Assembly (NCBI GenBank): GCA_050251875.1
Contig: JBFWMA010000005.1
Coordinates: 96,001 to 160,000 of the forward strand
DNA: 64,000 bases
Direction: 5' to 3'
Origin: Deferribacterales bacterium
GTDB lineage: Bacteria; Chrysiogenota; Deferribacteres; Deferribacterales; Geovibrionaceae
In this document: one piece after another, positions 9,557 through 18,470 of the stretch
Position numbering within the stretch: the stretch's first letter is position 1
How the letters are laid out: every line of letters starts with the position of its first letter
The notes under the pieces: model-generated
The model's input: the letters and a program-made list of their open reading frames with translations, nothing else
Database searches by the model: none
Told to the model about the DNA's origin: nothing
Translations under genes and position numbers: made by a program

Positions 9557-9649
9557 GGCATAGAGAGAAAGCCTTCCGGTTGACGTGGCGATCCCAGAGG
9601 GAGTGCATGTGTGTGAGATTGCTTCACCAGTAAAGGGTTCGCAATGACG
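9557..9649. repeat. Degenerate REP-like palindromic element of the GTCATTGCGAG...GTGGCAATC / GAGATTGCTTC...CGCAATGAC type
   Basis: GC-richer patch in an AT-rich spacer, with gacgtggcgatc ... gagattgcttc ... ttcgcaatgacg; left arm eroded (ggcatagagag). Confidence 0.55.
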
Positions 9650-9678
9650 AAAAAAAGCGGAGCCCAAGCTCCGCTTTT
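9650..9678 (-). terminator. Intrinsic terminator after the LysM transglycosylase gene
   Basis: A7-GCGGAGC-ccaa-GCTCCGC-T4. Confidence 0.85.
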
Positions 9679-9717
9679 ATGTGATTTTTCTTATTCTAAA
9701 TGGATGGAGTAATTTTG

Positions 9718-11523
9718 TCAGTCTATATACAGCACCATTCCGGGACGGATGCCTTTGCCCACGCCGTTGCGTTTCTTTATATCGTCAATGCTGGTGCCGA
9801 ATTTCTTAGCGATAGCCCAGAGGTTGTCGCCGCTTTTTACTTTATATTTTGTGACTTTACCTTTGGATGATGCTTTGGCGGCTACTGATGATGACGCCGG
9901 AACTGTCAGTACCTGACCGGAGTTTATCTGGTTGCCTTTGATGTTGTTTGCGCTTCTGATATTGGCAACCGTTGTGCCGTATTTTGTGGCGATTCTCCAG
10001 AGAGTCTCACCCGCTTTTACCTTGTGGGTGGTTGTCACATACTGTCTGCTCTGTGATTTCAGCGGTTTTGAAATAGCTACACGCTGGCTTCTGTCTGCGT
10101 AATAGTTTTCAGAGATGACGAGCGACTGCCCGGGGCGGAGTCTTCTGGGGTTCACGTTTTTGTTCATTGCCATCAGTTCATATGTGGAGAGTCCGTATTT
10201 GGCGGCGATAACGCTCATGTTCTCGCCTCTGCGAACGTTGTGAAATTTCGGGTTATATCTTTTCAGCTCGGAAGCGAAAGCGACATTGAGCTCATCGTCA
10301 TAAACATCGGGGATAGGTACGAAAAGGACTGTTCCGCCGGGAACACGGTTCACTGTGAATCCGTTCGCCTTTTTCAGCGTGGAGGTGGACAGACCATATT
10401 CGGAAGCGATGTTCGAAAGGTCTGTGGTGCCGGAAGTCTTAACAACATAGAACTGCGCCAGCTCTTCGTCTGTGATATGTTCCAGCTTCTCTTCCAGATC
10501 GGCTCTCTTGCCGTATGGAATACGCAGTGTATATACGTCCACCGGAGGCGTCATGGGAGTCATCAGCTCCGGATTCAGCTCTCTCAGGGTGTCGATGTCG
10601 GTGTTTATGAGATCGGCTATCACATAGAGGTTGGACTGTCTGTAGAGATCCACTCTGTCAAACAGAACGGGCATTCCGTTGGGCGTGTCGAATCCGTATT
10701 CCTGATAGTTTCTGGCGAGATATCTGAGCGCGAGGAATTTCGGAACATAGTCTTTGGTTTCCACCCTCAGATAGGTGTTCTGTCTTTTTGAAAGCTCATA
10801 GAAATCTGTTGTGCCGTAGCGCTGGATGGCTCTCTGGATTTTTCCCTGTCCGGCGTTGTATGCCGCCAGAGCCAGATACCAGTCGCCCAGACGGTTGTAG
10901 AGGTCACGCAGGTGGCGTGCCGCCGCCACGGACGCTTTTTCAAAATCACGGCGCTCATCCACCCAGAAGTTATAGTCCAGACCATAGAGCTTGCCTGTGC
11001 CCTTCATGAACTGCCACATGCCGCACGCTCCGGCGTGGGATGTGATGGACGGGTTGAACCCGCTCTCTGTGAAGGGAAGATAGGTAAGATCTTCGGGTAC
11101 GCCTTCCCTGCGGAAGATGTCTCTGACTATGTATATGTACTGGTTTGATCTGTTAAGCCATTTCTGAAAGGTGGTGCTGAATTTATCTGAAAACATGCGG
11201 ACATAGAACTCGAATCTGTCGTCTTCCGTCAGAGGAATCGTGTCGTATTTCCCATACTCCGTGTCGCTCTGGTCGAGGTGATAGTCGGTCTGTTTTCTCA
11301 GAACGTTATAGATATCGATCCCGTCCTCTTCCAGCCTTGCCACAAAGCGGCTCTCTTCTACCTCGGAAAAACCGTTGGCGCCGTATCCGCTGTCCTGAAG
11401 AACAACTTCCTCATTCTGAATTTTGGTTGGAACGGCAGGTCCCGCCGGAGATAAAGAGGCTGTGCTGGGGGCGCATGCCGCCAGAGCGAGAAAAGACGGT
11501 ATGTATATAAGATATTTTTTCAT
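9718..11523 (-). CDS. mltD: Membrane-bound lytic murein transglycosylase D-like lipoprotein with multiple LysM domains
   Basis: Lipobox LAAC; SLT motifs ES.F, G.WQFM, ALAAYNAG, ET..YVPK; C-terminal LysM repeats (VK.G(E/D).LW.IA.K(Y/F)GT). Confidence 0.9.
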   Translation of the reverse strand: MKKYLIYIPSFLALAACAPSTASLSPAGPAVPTKIQNEEVVLQDSGYGANGFSEVEESRFVARLEEDGIDIYNVLRKQTDYHLDQSDTEYGKYDTIPLTEDDRFEFYVRMFSDKFSTTFQKWLNRSNQYIYIVRDIFRREGVPEDLTYLPFTESGFNPSITSHAGACGMWQFMKGTGKLYGLDYNFWVDERRDFEKASVAAARHLRDLYNRLGDWYLALAAYNAGQGKIQRAIQRYGTTDFYELSKRQNTYLRVETKDYVPKFLALRYLARNYQEYGFDTPNGMPVLFDRVDLYRQSNLYVIADLINTDIDTLRELNPELMTPMTPPVDVYTLRIPYGKRADLEEKLEHITDEELAQFYVVKTSGTTDLSNIASEYGLSTSTLKKANGFTVNRVPGGTVLFVPIPDVYDDELNVAFASELKRYNPKFHNVRRGENMSVIAAKYGLSTYELMAMNKNVNPRRLRPGQSLVISENYYADRSQRVAISKPLKSQSRQYVTTTHKVKAGETLWRIATKYGTTVANIRSANNIKGNQINSGQVLTVPASSSVAAKASSKGKVTKYKVKSGDNLWAIAKKFGTSIDDIKKRNGVGKGIRPGMVLYID

Positions 11524-11595
11524 TAGCTGTCCCTATGGTTATATTAATTAAAAAGCAACTATACACTAAAATAGGCGCAAATCAAGAGTTTGACG

Positions 11596-12354
11596 CTATT
11601 TCAGTCCGGAAAACACAATTGCCCACTTTCTGTTTAATTCGGCTATAGCGGCGGATTTCTTAACTAAATCTATTTTTTTGCATCTGACAAAACGTGCCAG
11701 AGACACCAGCCGGATGAATTCGATGTATTTTATCGATGCGCTGAGCTGGTCTCCGGTCACCGCTCTTTTTATTATAAGTTTCTGTGGGATATAGTTAATA
11801 TGGAATTTCGAGGCTATGCGCAGCCAGAGGTCATAGTCCTCGCACACACGCATATTCTCATCAAAAAAACCGCATGCGGAAAAGACCTCTCTGTGGATGA
11901 CACAGGATGAGGGGCTTATCCGGCAGATGTCGAGAATTTTTGAAAATATCTGCCCGCCGTATTTTGAGTGTTTGTTTCCCTGATTGATGAACCGGTCTGT
12001 TCTGTACCAGAACTCGTCTGTGTGGGACACCAGCCAACCTTTTTCGAACTGTTCGTTCTGGCGGGCGAGTTTTTCGGGCATCCATATATCATCGGAGTCG
12101 AGAAACGCTATAAATTCGCCTTTGGCGGCTCTGATACCTGTGTTTCTGGCGGCGCTGACGCCTGAGTTTTTTGTGAGCCTGATGTAGTTGATGCGGCTCA
12201 TATATGGAGCGAGACACTCCGCCACGGAAAGATCTGATCCGTCATCCACCACTATGATCTCATAGTCTGTGAACGTCTGGAGAAAGACAGACTCTATGGC
12301 TGTTCTGAGTGTATCTGTGCGGTTGTAGACGGGGATGACTACACTGAATCTCAT
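11596..12354 (-). CDS. Glycosyltransferase family 2
   Basis: SVVIPVYNR, VVDDGS, AARNTG, FLDSDD, EDYDLWLR. Confidence 0.9.
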   Translation of the reverse strand: MRFSVVIPVYNRTDTLRTAIESVFLQTFTDYEIIVVDDGSDLSVAECLAPYMSRINYIRLTKNSGVSAARNTGIRAAKGEFIAFLDSDDIWMPEKLARQNEQFEKGWLVSHTDEFWYRTDRFINQGNKHSKYGGQIFSKILDICRISPSSCVIHREVFSACGFFDENMRVCEDYDLWLRIASKFHINYIPQKLIIKRAVTGDQLSASIKYIEFIRLVSLARFVRCKKIDLVKKSAAIAELNRKWAIVFSGLK

Positions 12355-12809
12355 ACAGGTCGTTTTCGGTCGAGTTTGGTGGAGAAGACCAGTATGGTAT
12401 TTGTCTTGTCCACTCCGGGCACGTTTCGTATCTTTTTAATAAGTCTGCTCAGCGAGTCGGTGTTGTTTGTGGTGACATGGAGCAGAAAAGTGAAGTCGCC
12501 TGTGACATGGTGACATCCGAGAATGTCAGTATCCAGCGTCTTAATCATGCTTTCGAAATCTTCTATGTGTTTCGCATTGTCTATGGATATGCCTATGAAG
12601 GCGATGATGTCGTATCCGAGCTGTTTGTAGTCGATGTCCACTGTATAGTTGCGGATGATGCCCAGTGTTTCGAGCCTCTTGATTCGGTCTATCACAGAGG
12701 GGGATTTCATCCCTGCCGCTTTCGCTATGTCGGCATATGATGTTCGTCCGTTCTCCACCAGCATGTTGAGGATGAGCTTGTCCGTTTCGTCGATATTATG
12801 CTGTCTCAC
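12351..12809 (-). CDS. Lrp/AsnC family transcriptional regulator
   Basis: D..D..IL..L..NGR.S...IA HTH, RIKRLE..GII, VTGD. Confidence 0.9.
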   Translation of the reverse strand: MRQHNIDETDKLILNMLVENGRTSYADIAKAAGMKSPSVIDRIKRLETLGIIRNYTVDIDYKQLGYDIIAFIGISIDNAKHIEDFESMIKTLDTDILGCHHVTGDFTFLLHVTTNNTDSLSRLIKKIRNVPGVDKTNTILVFSTKLDRKRPV

Positions 12810-12812
12810 TGA

Positions 12813-13472
12813 CTACCTCCGTGTTGTTACGCCTACTTTATCACAGAGTTCGTATAGTCCGCAAGATGAACAAATGGGTGAAACAGGACGGCATATGCTT
12901 CTTCCGTATGCCACCAGTATTTCATTGATGCGTATCCAGTATTTCTCAGGCAGGTGTTTTCTGAGCTCTATCTCGGTTTTTTCCGGTGTTTTTGTTTTAA
13001 CATATCCCAGACGGTTGAAAATGCGGTGAACGTGGGTGTCAACGCACACTGCCGGGCGTCCGTATCCTTCCACCACCACGAGATTGGCGGTTTTTCTGCC
13101 CACGCCTTTCAGCGTGACGAGTTCGTCTATCTCTTCGGGTACTTTTCCGTCATATTTTTCCATCAGGATTCCGCATATGTTTTTTATGGTTTTCGCCTTG
13201 GTTTTGTAGAATCCGGCGGGATATATCAGTTTTCCGATTTCTTCTTCAGTAAGTTTCAGAGTTTTCTGTGGAGTATCTGCCACGGCGAACAGCTTTTCGG
13301 ATGACGCCAGCGTCACTTCGTCTTTGGTGCGCAGACTGATGAGACAGCTCACCAGCACACGAAAAGGGTCGCGCTTGGTCTGTTTGGATATTTTGGTTAC
13401 CGAAGGTTCCTCCATGTTGCGGTAGGCGTCCTCCAGCAGTTCATAGATTTTGTGGATGTCAGACTTCTTCAT
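12813..13472 (-). CDS. nth: Endonuclease III
   Basis: HhH motif LKGVGRKTAN, VDTHVHR, C-terminal C-x6-C-x2-C-x5-C Fe-S cluster motif. Confidence 0.92.
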   Translation of the reverse strand: MKKSDIHKIYELLEDAYRNMEEPSVTKISKQTKRDPFRVLVSCLISLRTKDEVTLASSEKLFAVADTPQKTLKLTEEEIGKLIYPAGFYKTKAKTIKNICGILMEKYDGKVPEEIDELVTLKGVGRKTANLVVVEGYGRPAVCVDTHVHRIFNRLGYVKTKTPEKTEIELRKHLPEKYWIRINEILVAYGRSICRPVSPICSSCGLYELCDKVGVTTRR

Positions 13473-13713
13473 TCAGATATTCTCTCAGCTGAGGACTGAT
13501 ATACATGTCCGACAGGTCGAACGTTTTTATGGCTCTCGCCAGCATCAGCAGACGGTATTCCTTCGTGGATTTGCGGTCGAGAATGAACATATACTGTCCG
13601 TCCTTCTGACAGAGTCCGCCCCTCGCCTTAGTCACCTCATAGCGCAGGCGTATGTTCAGCTTAGCCGCCAGTTCTTCCATTTCGTTTAAAAGCGTGTCAA
13701 TTTTCGCAGACAT
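13459..13713 (-). CDS. Conserved-looking hypothetical protein (84 aa)
   Basis: Overlaps both neighbours within the operon; RYE...RGGLC motif; no function assigned. Confidence 0.65.
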   Translation of the reverse strand: MSAKIDTLLNEMEELAAKLNIRLRYEVTKARGGLCQKDGQYMFILDRKSTKEYRLLMLARAIKTFDLSDMYISPQLREYLNEEV

Positions 13714-14863
13714 TTACATCCTCTATCTTCACAAACAAATATAAGATAATAATGCTGACTATACAAAAGAAAAATGCGGTGACGAACACCATTCTCACAT
13801 TCGCTATGTCGTAAACCACTCCGGAGACCACCGATCCGATGATGGTTCCCAGCCCGTATCCCACTCCGGAATACATGGTCTGGGCTTTCAGCTTCAGCCT
13901 TTCGGGGACGCATCTGTGGATGTAGGACATGATGCCTATGTGGAATGTGCCGTAAGCGAACCCGTGAAAAGTGGAGATGAGAAACAGAGACACGAACGAA
14001 TCGGCGAATCCTGTCACCAGATATCTGATTCCGCCCAGAAAGATAGAGGCGAGAATCAGTGTTTTTATGGGGATTATTTTTGTGATTTTTTCGCTGAAAA
14101 AGAAGAAGATTATCTCAGACACCACGCCTATGGACCACATATAGCCTGCCTGTGTCTGGCTGAGCCCCGCTGAGGCGGTTTTGATATTCAGAAAGTTGCT
14201 CAGGAAAGAGAATGAAGTCAGATAAAGCGTCAGCCCCACGAAAAAGAGAGTCAGCTCCGGCGTCATCTTTTTCTCATCGGCGGATTTCTTCCGGAATACC
14301 GGTCTGTCGTACACCAGTCTGGAGGCGGGGATGACAGACAGCAGTCCCGCCGTCATAAACGTCCATATGAATGAGTTCAGCCCGAAACGGTCTATCATGA
14401 ATCCGGCGGTGATTGACGTGGCTATGAACCCCATAGACCCGAAAAGCCTCATACGCCCGTATGGGATTCTGCCGTCCAGAGAGACGGCTATGCTGTCCAT
14501 CACGGGGATGATGCCCGCTCTGCTGAAGGCGAATATAATCATGATGAAGACGACCAGCACCCTGCTGTTGAAAAAAGCCAGCGGGATAAGCGACACGGAC
14601 GAGCAGAAGATGCAGAAGGAGATAAAAAGATTTCTGCGGGAGATGCGGGAGAAATATTCTGTCCACAGAGGAGTCACGGCAAACTTGGCGAATGGAAATA
14701 TCGCCAGAAAGATACCTATCTCTGTTCCGGTAAACCCCCGTTCCTTGAAAAAATATCCTGATAAGGGAAAAATGATGCCCAGTGTGGCATAGTGCAGAAA
14801 ATAAAAAGAAGCCAGCAAAGGAATGATATGTCTGTCATGATCCTTTGCCGGCATATCTGTCAT
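13697..14863 (-). CDS. MFS transporter (HcaT / nucleoside:H+ symporter-like)
   Basis: About 12 hydrophobic segments; YGRMRLFGSMGF motif. Confidence 0.85.
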   Translation of the reverse strand: MTDMPAKDHDRHIIPLLASFYFLHYATLGIIFPLSGYFFKERGFTGTEIGIFLAIFPFAKFAVTPLWTEYFSRISRRNLFISFCIFCSSVSLIPLAFFNSRVLVVFIMIIFAFSRAGIIPVMDSIAVSLDGRIPYGRMRLFGSMGFIATSITAGFMIDRFGLNSFIWTFMTAGLLSVIPASRLVYDRPVFRKKSADEKKMTPELTLFFVGLTLYLTSFSFLSNFLNIKTASAGLSQTQAGYMWSIGVVSEIIFFFFSEKITKIIPIKTLILASIFLGGIRYLVTGFADSFVSLFLISTFHGFAYGTFHIGIMSYIHRCVPERLKLKAQTMYSGVGYGLGTIIGSVVSGVVYDIANVRMVFVTAFFFCIVSIIILYLFVKIEDVNVCEN

Positions 14864-14883
14864 ATATTTAGAGATTCCGTTCC

Positions 14884-16038
14884 TTACTGGGCCAGAGGAG
14901 ACATGGCGCGCAGTCTTGTCACGCTGTCTTTTATCATGTCTACCGCTCTGTTGATCTCCTCTTCTGTGTTGAACCTGCCGAAGCTGAAACGGATTGAGCC
15001 GTGCAGATCCACCGGGTCAACACCAATGGCATAGAGAACGTGAGAAGCGTCAACGCTTTCGGATGTGCAGGCGCTTCCTGTGGAACAGCATATTTCATCA
15101 GCGTAAATCATCAGGGCTTCCGCCTCGATAAATTTGAAAGCTATGTTGCTCACGCTGCAAACTCTCTTTTCTCTGTGACCGTTCACATATGTTTTTGGGA
15201 TTTCGCCGAGAATCCTGTTTTCAAAGAGGTCTCTCAGGTGTTTGATGTGGCTGACTTCCTCGTCCAGACTATCCATCACTATCTCGCAGGCTTTCGCCAG
15301 ACCGATGATGTTGGGAACGCTCTCTGTTCCGGCGCGGAGACCGAACTCCTGGCTTCCGCCGAAAACGAGAGGCTCGATTTCGTCTTTCAGGTTTTCGTCT
15401 ATATAGAGAACGCCTATGCCTTTAGGTCCGCATATTTTGTGACCGGAGAATGTCAGCAGGTCAACACCCAGCTCGCCCACGTCTATCTTCATCTTGCCCA
15501 TCGCCTGAACGGCGTCTGTGTGTACGATGATGTGGTGTTTTTTAGCTATCTCGGATATCTCTTTCAGGGGTTGAAGAGAGCCTATCTCGTTGTTCACCAG
15601 CATGATAGAAACAAGAATGGTTTCTTTTCTGACGGCTTTTCTGAAGTCGTCCACGCTCACCAGACCGTCTTTGTCCACGGGCAGGTATGTAACCTCGAAA
15701 CCGTGTTTTTCCAGATATTTGCATGTCTGGAGAATCGCCTTGTGTTCTATGGCGCAGGTGATTATATGGTTGCCTTTCTCTTTATATTTTTCGGCTATGC
15801 CTCTGAGAGCCATGTTGTCGGCGGCGGTGCCGCTTCCTGTGAAGATAATCTCGTGAGCTTCTGCTCCGATGGATTTCGCCACTGTCTCTCTGGCTTTATC
15901 CACATCCTCCCGCACGGCTCTGCCCAGAGCGTGTATGGATGAGGGGTTCGCGAATTTTTCTTTGAAATAAGGTGTCATGGCCTCGAAAACTTTCGGGTCC
16001 ACGGGTGTTGTAGCGCTGTAGTCAAGGTAGATTGACAT
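14884..16038 (-). CDS. iscS: Cysteine desulfurase (IscS/NifS type)
   Basis: [22 protein letters not shown] lysine, STGSACTS catalytic Cys loop. Confidence 0.92.
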   Translation of the reverse strand: MSIYLDYSATTPVDPKVFEAMTPYFKEKFANPSSIHALGRAVREDVDKARETVAKSIGAEAHEIIFTGSGTAADNMALRGIAEKYKEKGNHIITCAIEHKAILQTCKYLEKHGFEVTYLPVDKDGLVSVDDFRKAVRKETILVSIMLVNNEIGSLQPLKEISEIAKKHHIIVHTDAVQAMGKMKIDVGELGVDLLTFSGHKICGPKGIGVLYIDENLKDEIEPLVFGGSQEFGLRAGTESVPNIIGLAKACEIVMDSLDEEVSHIKHLRDLFENRILGEIPKTYVNGHREKRVCSVSNIAFKFIEAEALMIYADEICCSTGSACTSESVDASHVLYAIGVDPVDLHGSIRFSFGRFNTEEEINRAVDMIKDSVTRLRAMSPLAQ

Positions 16039-16453
16039 GATCTCCTCCGGTTGCTTGTCTCTTTAAATCGTATATAGTAATATTCTCTAAATAATTGTCC
16101 ACTGTTTTTTTAAGCCCGGACCAGAGCCAGTTTATCCCGCAGGACGAGAAGTTTTCGCAGGCGTTCTCCTGTGTGCAGTCGGAGATGGACACGGGACCGT
16201 CCATGGCATAGATAACCTCTTTCAGTGTTATCCCTTCCGCCGGTTTCGCCAGAACGTATCCGCCCTGAGCGCCTCTTGATCCTTCCACCAGTCCGCATTT
16301 TTTCAGCTTTATGAATATCTGCTCCAGATATTTTCTGGAGATGTCTTCGTGGTCGGCTATCTGGGTCAGGGTGACGGGGGCTTTATCTCCGCCTAAAAGA
16401 ACCAGAGCGAATATGGAACGGATGGCGTATCTGCTTTTAGTTGTTATCTTCAT
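16022..16453 (-). CDS. Rrf2 family transcriptional regulator (IscR-like, three Cys)
   Basis: YLEQI, RG..GGY, C-x5-C-x5-C. Confidence 0.9.
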   Translation of the reverse strand: MKITTKSRYAIRSIFALVLLGGDKAPVTLTQIADHEDISRKYLEQIFIKLKKCGLVEGSRGAQGGYVLAKPAEGITLKEVIYAMDGPVSISDCTQENACENFSSCGINWLWSGLKKTVDNYLENITIYDLKRQATGGDHVNLP

Positions 16454-17099
16454 CTTCGCCTTGCTGTTTTTTCAGCCTGTTTATCTCTGCTTCCAGATGG
16501 CACATTCTGGTCGCCATATCAGATATGGTGCGTGCCACGGGGTCGGGCAGAAGGTTGTGGTCGAACCGGGCGGTTTCCCTGCCGTTGGTTACTATCTTTC
16601 CGGGGATGCCCACCACTGTGGCGTTCTCCGGAACTTCTTTTACCACTACCGAGTTAGAGCCTATCTTGGCGTTTCTGCCAACGGTGAAAGGACCGAGCAC
16701 CTTAGCGCCGGATCCGATTACCACGTTGTCCTCTATGGTGGGGTGGCGTTTCTTCTTCTCCAGGCTGACACCGCCCAGAGTCACTCCGTGATATATCGTG
16801 ACATCGTTGCCCACCTCGGCTGTTTCGCCGATCACCACGCCCATGCCGTGGTCTATGAAGAATCTCTTGCCGATGGTGGCGCCGGGGTGAATCTCTATTC
16901 CGGTGAAAAATCTGCCTGCGTGAGAGATGAGTCTGCCTATGAAGTGCATCTTGCGCACCCAGAACCAGTGAGCCAGACGATAGAAAAGGATAGCGTGGAA
17001 TCCGGGATAACAGAAGATAACCTCCAGCCTGCTCTTGGCGGCGGGGTCTCTTTCAAAAACTGTCTGTATCTCGTCTTTTAAAGTTCTGAATACTCCCAT
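16437..17099 (-). CDS. cysE: Serine O-acetyltransferase
   Basis: [31 protein letters not shown] hexapeptide repeats. Confidence 0.95.
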   Translation of the reverse strand: MGVFRTLKDEIQTVFERDPAAKSRLEVIFCYPGFHAILFYRLAHWFWVRKMHFIGRLISHAGRFFTGIEIHPGATIGKRFFIDHGMGVVIGETAEVGNDVTIYHGVTLGGVSLEKKKRHPTIEDNVVIGSGAKVLGPFTVGRNAKIGSNSVVVKEVPENATVVGIPGKIVTNGRETARFDHNLLPDPVARTISDMATRMCHLEAEINRLKKQQGEDEDNN

Positions 17100-17128
17100 A
17101 TCCTAGCTTCCTTGTAGTATTTATAGTT

Positions 17129-17156
17129 AAAATAAAAGCCCTGCAAGCACAGGGCT
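17129..17156 (-). terminator. Terminator-like hairpin between the ferredoxin and cysE
   Basis: AGCCCTG/CAGGGCT stem followed by TTTATTTT on the minus strand. Confidence 0.6.
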
Positions 17157-17185
17157 ATATTAAAAATTCGATTATTGCCTGTTAA

Positions 17186-17425
<240 letters not shown>

Positions 17426-17578
17426 TTAATGCTTTTGAAAGTCATTTTCACAAAAGATATGACATTTTTTTAAGATTTCCAGATATTTGTAGAAATTTAT
17501 TGCTGAAAAGATTTTTTTGCGATATTACAACTTATGCGCTCTTGGAGCGCCTTTCATACATTGATTATTAAGGAGAAT

Positions 17579-17905
17579 ATGATGATAGATAATATTGTTT
17601 TCGCAAAGCTGGTTTCAGGCGAAACCATCATCGGCATCAAAGATCAGGCGGCAGGTGTTGTTAAGGATGTTGTTCTGGTTCAGGCTATGCCCTCTCACAC
17701 CGGTGCTCTTCAGATAGCGATAGTTCCCTTCGGTTTTCCCTTCGAGGACGAGGTCAGAGGAGAGATCAGCCTCAGCCACGTCATCTTCGAATATAAAGAC
17801 TGCCCCGCAGACCTCGCCAACAAATATGTGGAAACCAAATCCAACATCAAAATAGCCGGAAACCTCGGCGGACTTGGCGGTTCCGACAGCGGGCTTATAC
17901 TTTAA
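17579..17905 (+). CDS. Hypothetical protein, possible Sm-like fold
   Basis: AAGGAG SD before ATG 17579; KLVSGETIIG N-terminal motif. Confidence 0.7.
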   Translation: MMIDNIVFAKLVSGETIIGIKDQAAGVVKDVVLVQAMPSHTGALQIAIVPFGFPFEDEVRGEISLSHVIFEYKDCPADLANKYVETKSNIKIAGNLGGLGGSDSGLIL

Positions 17906-17913
17906 TTTCTGTC

Positions 17914-18453
17914 ATGAACAGCCGCTGGACTCTCAAAGACAGACGTGAGGTTTTTAAAGATCACGTCTTAAAGATAGAACACAGGGATTTTCACTACAGC
18001 AGGAACGAACAGACAGGCACTTTCACGGTTTTAAGCATGAGAGACTGGGCTGTGGCTGTTCCTGTGACAGCGGAGAATAAGCTGGTGCTGGTGCGCCAGT
18101 TCAGGGTGTCCACATCCGAGGCTACTTACGAGTTTCCCGGCGGCGCTCTGGATTCCGGAGAAGACCCCATGTCCGGAGCCGAGCGGGAGCTGATGGAGGA
18201 GACGGGATACGAGGGCGGAAAACTCAGCCTTCTGTCGAAGATGCGTCCCAATCCGGCGTTCATGGACAACTTCTGTTATGTTTATCTGGCTGAAAACTGC
18301 GTTAAAACAGCCGGTCTTAACCTTGACCCTTTTGAGGATCTGGAGCCTTTCGAGGTCAGCTTTTCGCAGTTTGACGATATGATAAGGAAAGGCGAAATAA
18401 CCCACAGTATCACTCTGGCGGCCTATGGAGCGTATAAAGCTCTGAAGGGCTGA
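17914..18453 (+). CDS. NUDIX hydrolase (ADP-ribose pyrophosphatase-like)
   Basis: Nudix box GG..D.GE....AERELMEETGY; LVRQFR. Confidence 0.92.
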   Translation: MNSRWTLKDRREVFKDHVLKIEHRDFHYSRNEQTGTFTVLSMRDWAVAVPVTAENKLVLVRQFRVSTSEATYEFPGGALDSGEDPMSGAERELMEETGYEGGKLSLLSKMRPNPAFMDNFCYVYLAENCVKTAGLNLDPFEDLEPFEVSFSQFDDMIRKGEITHSITLAAYGAYKALKG

Positions 18454-18470
18454 TCTTCAGGTATTTTATT

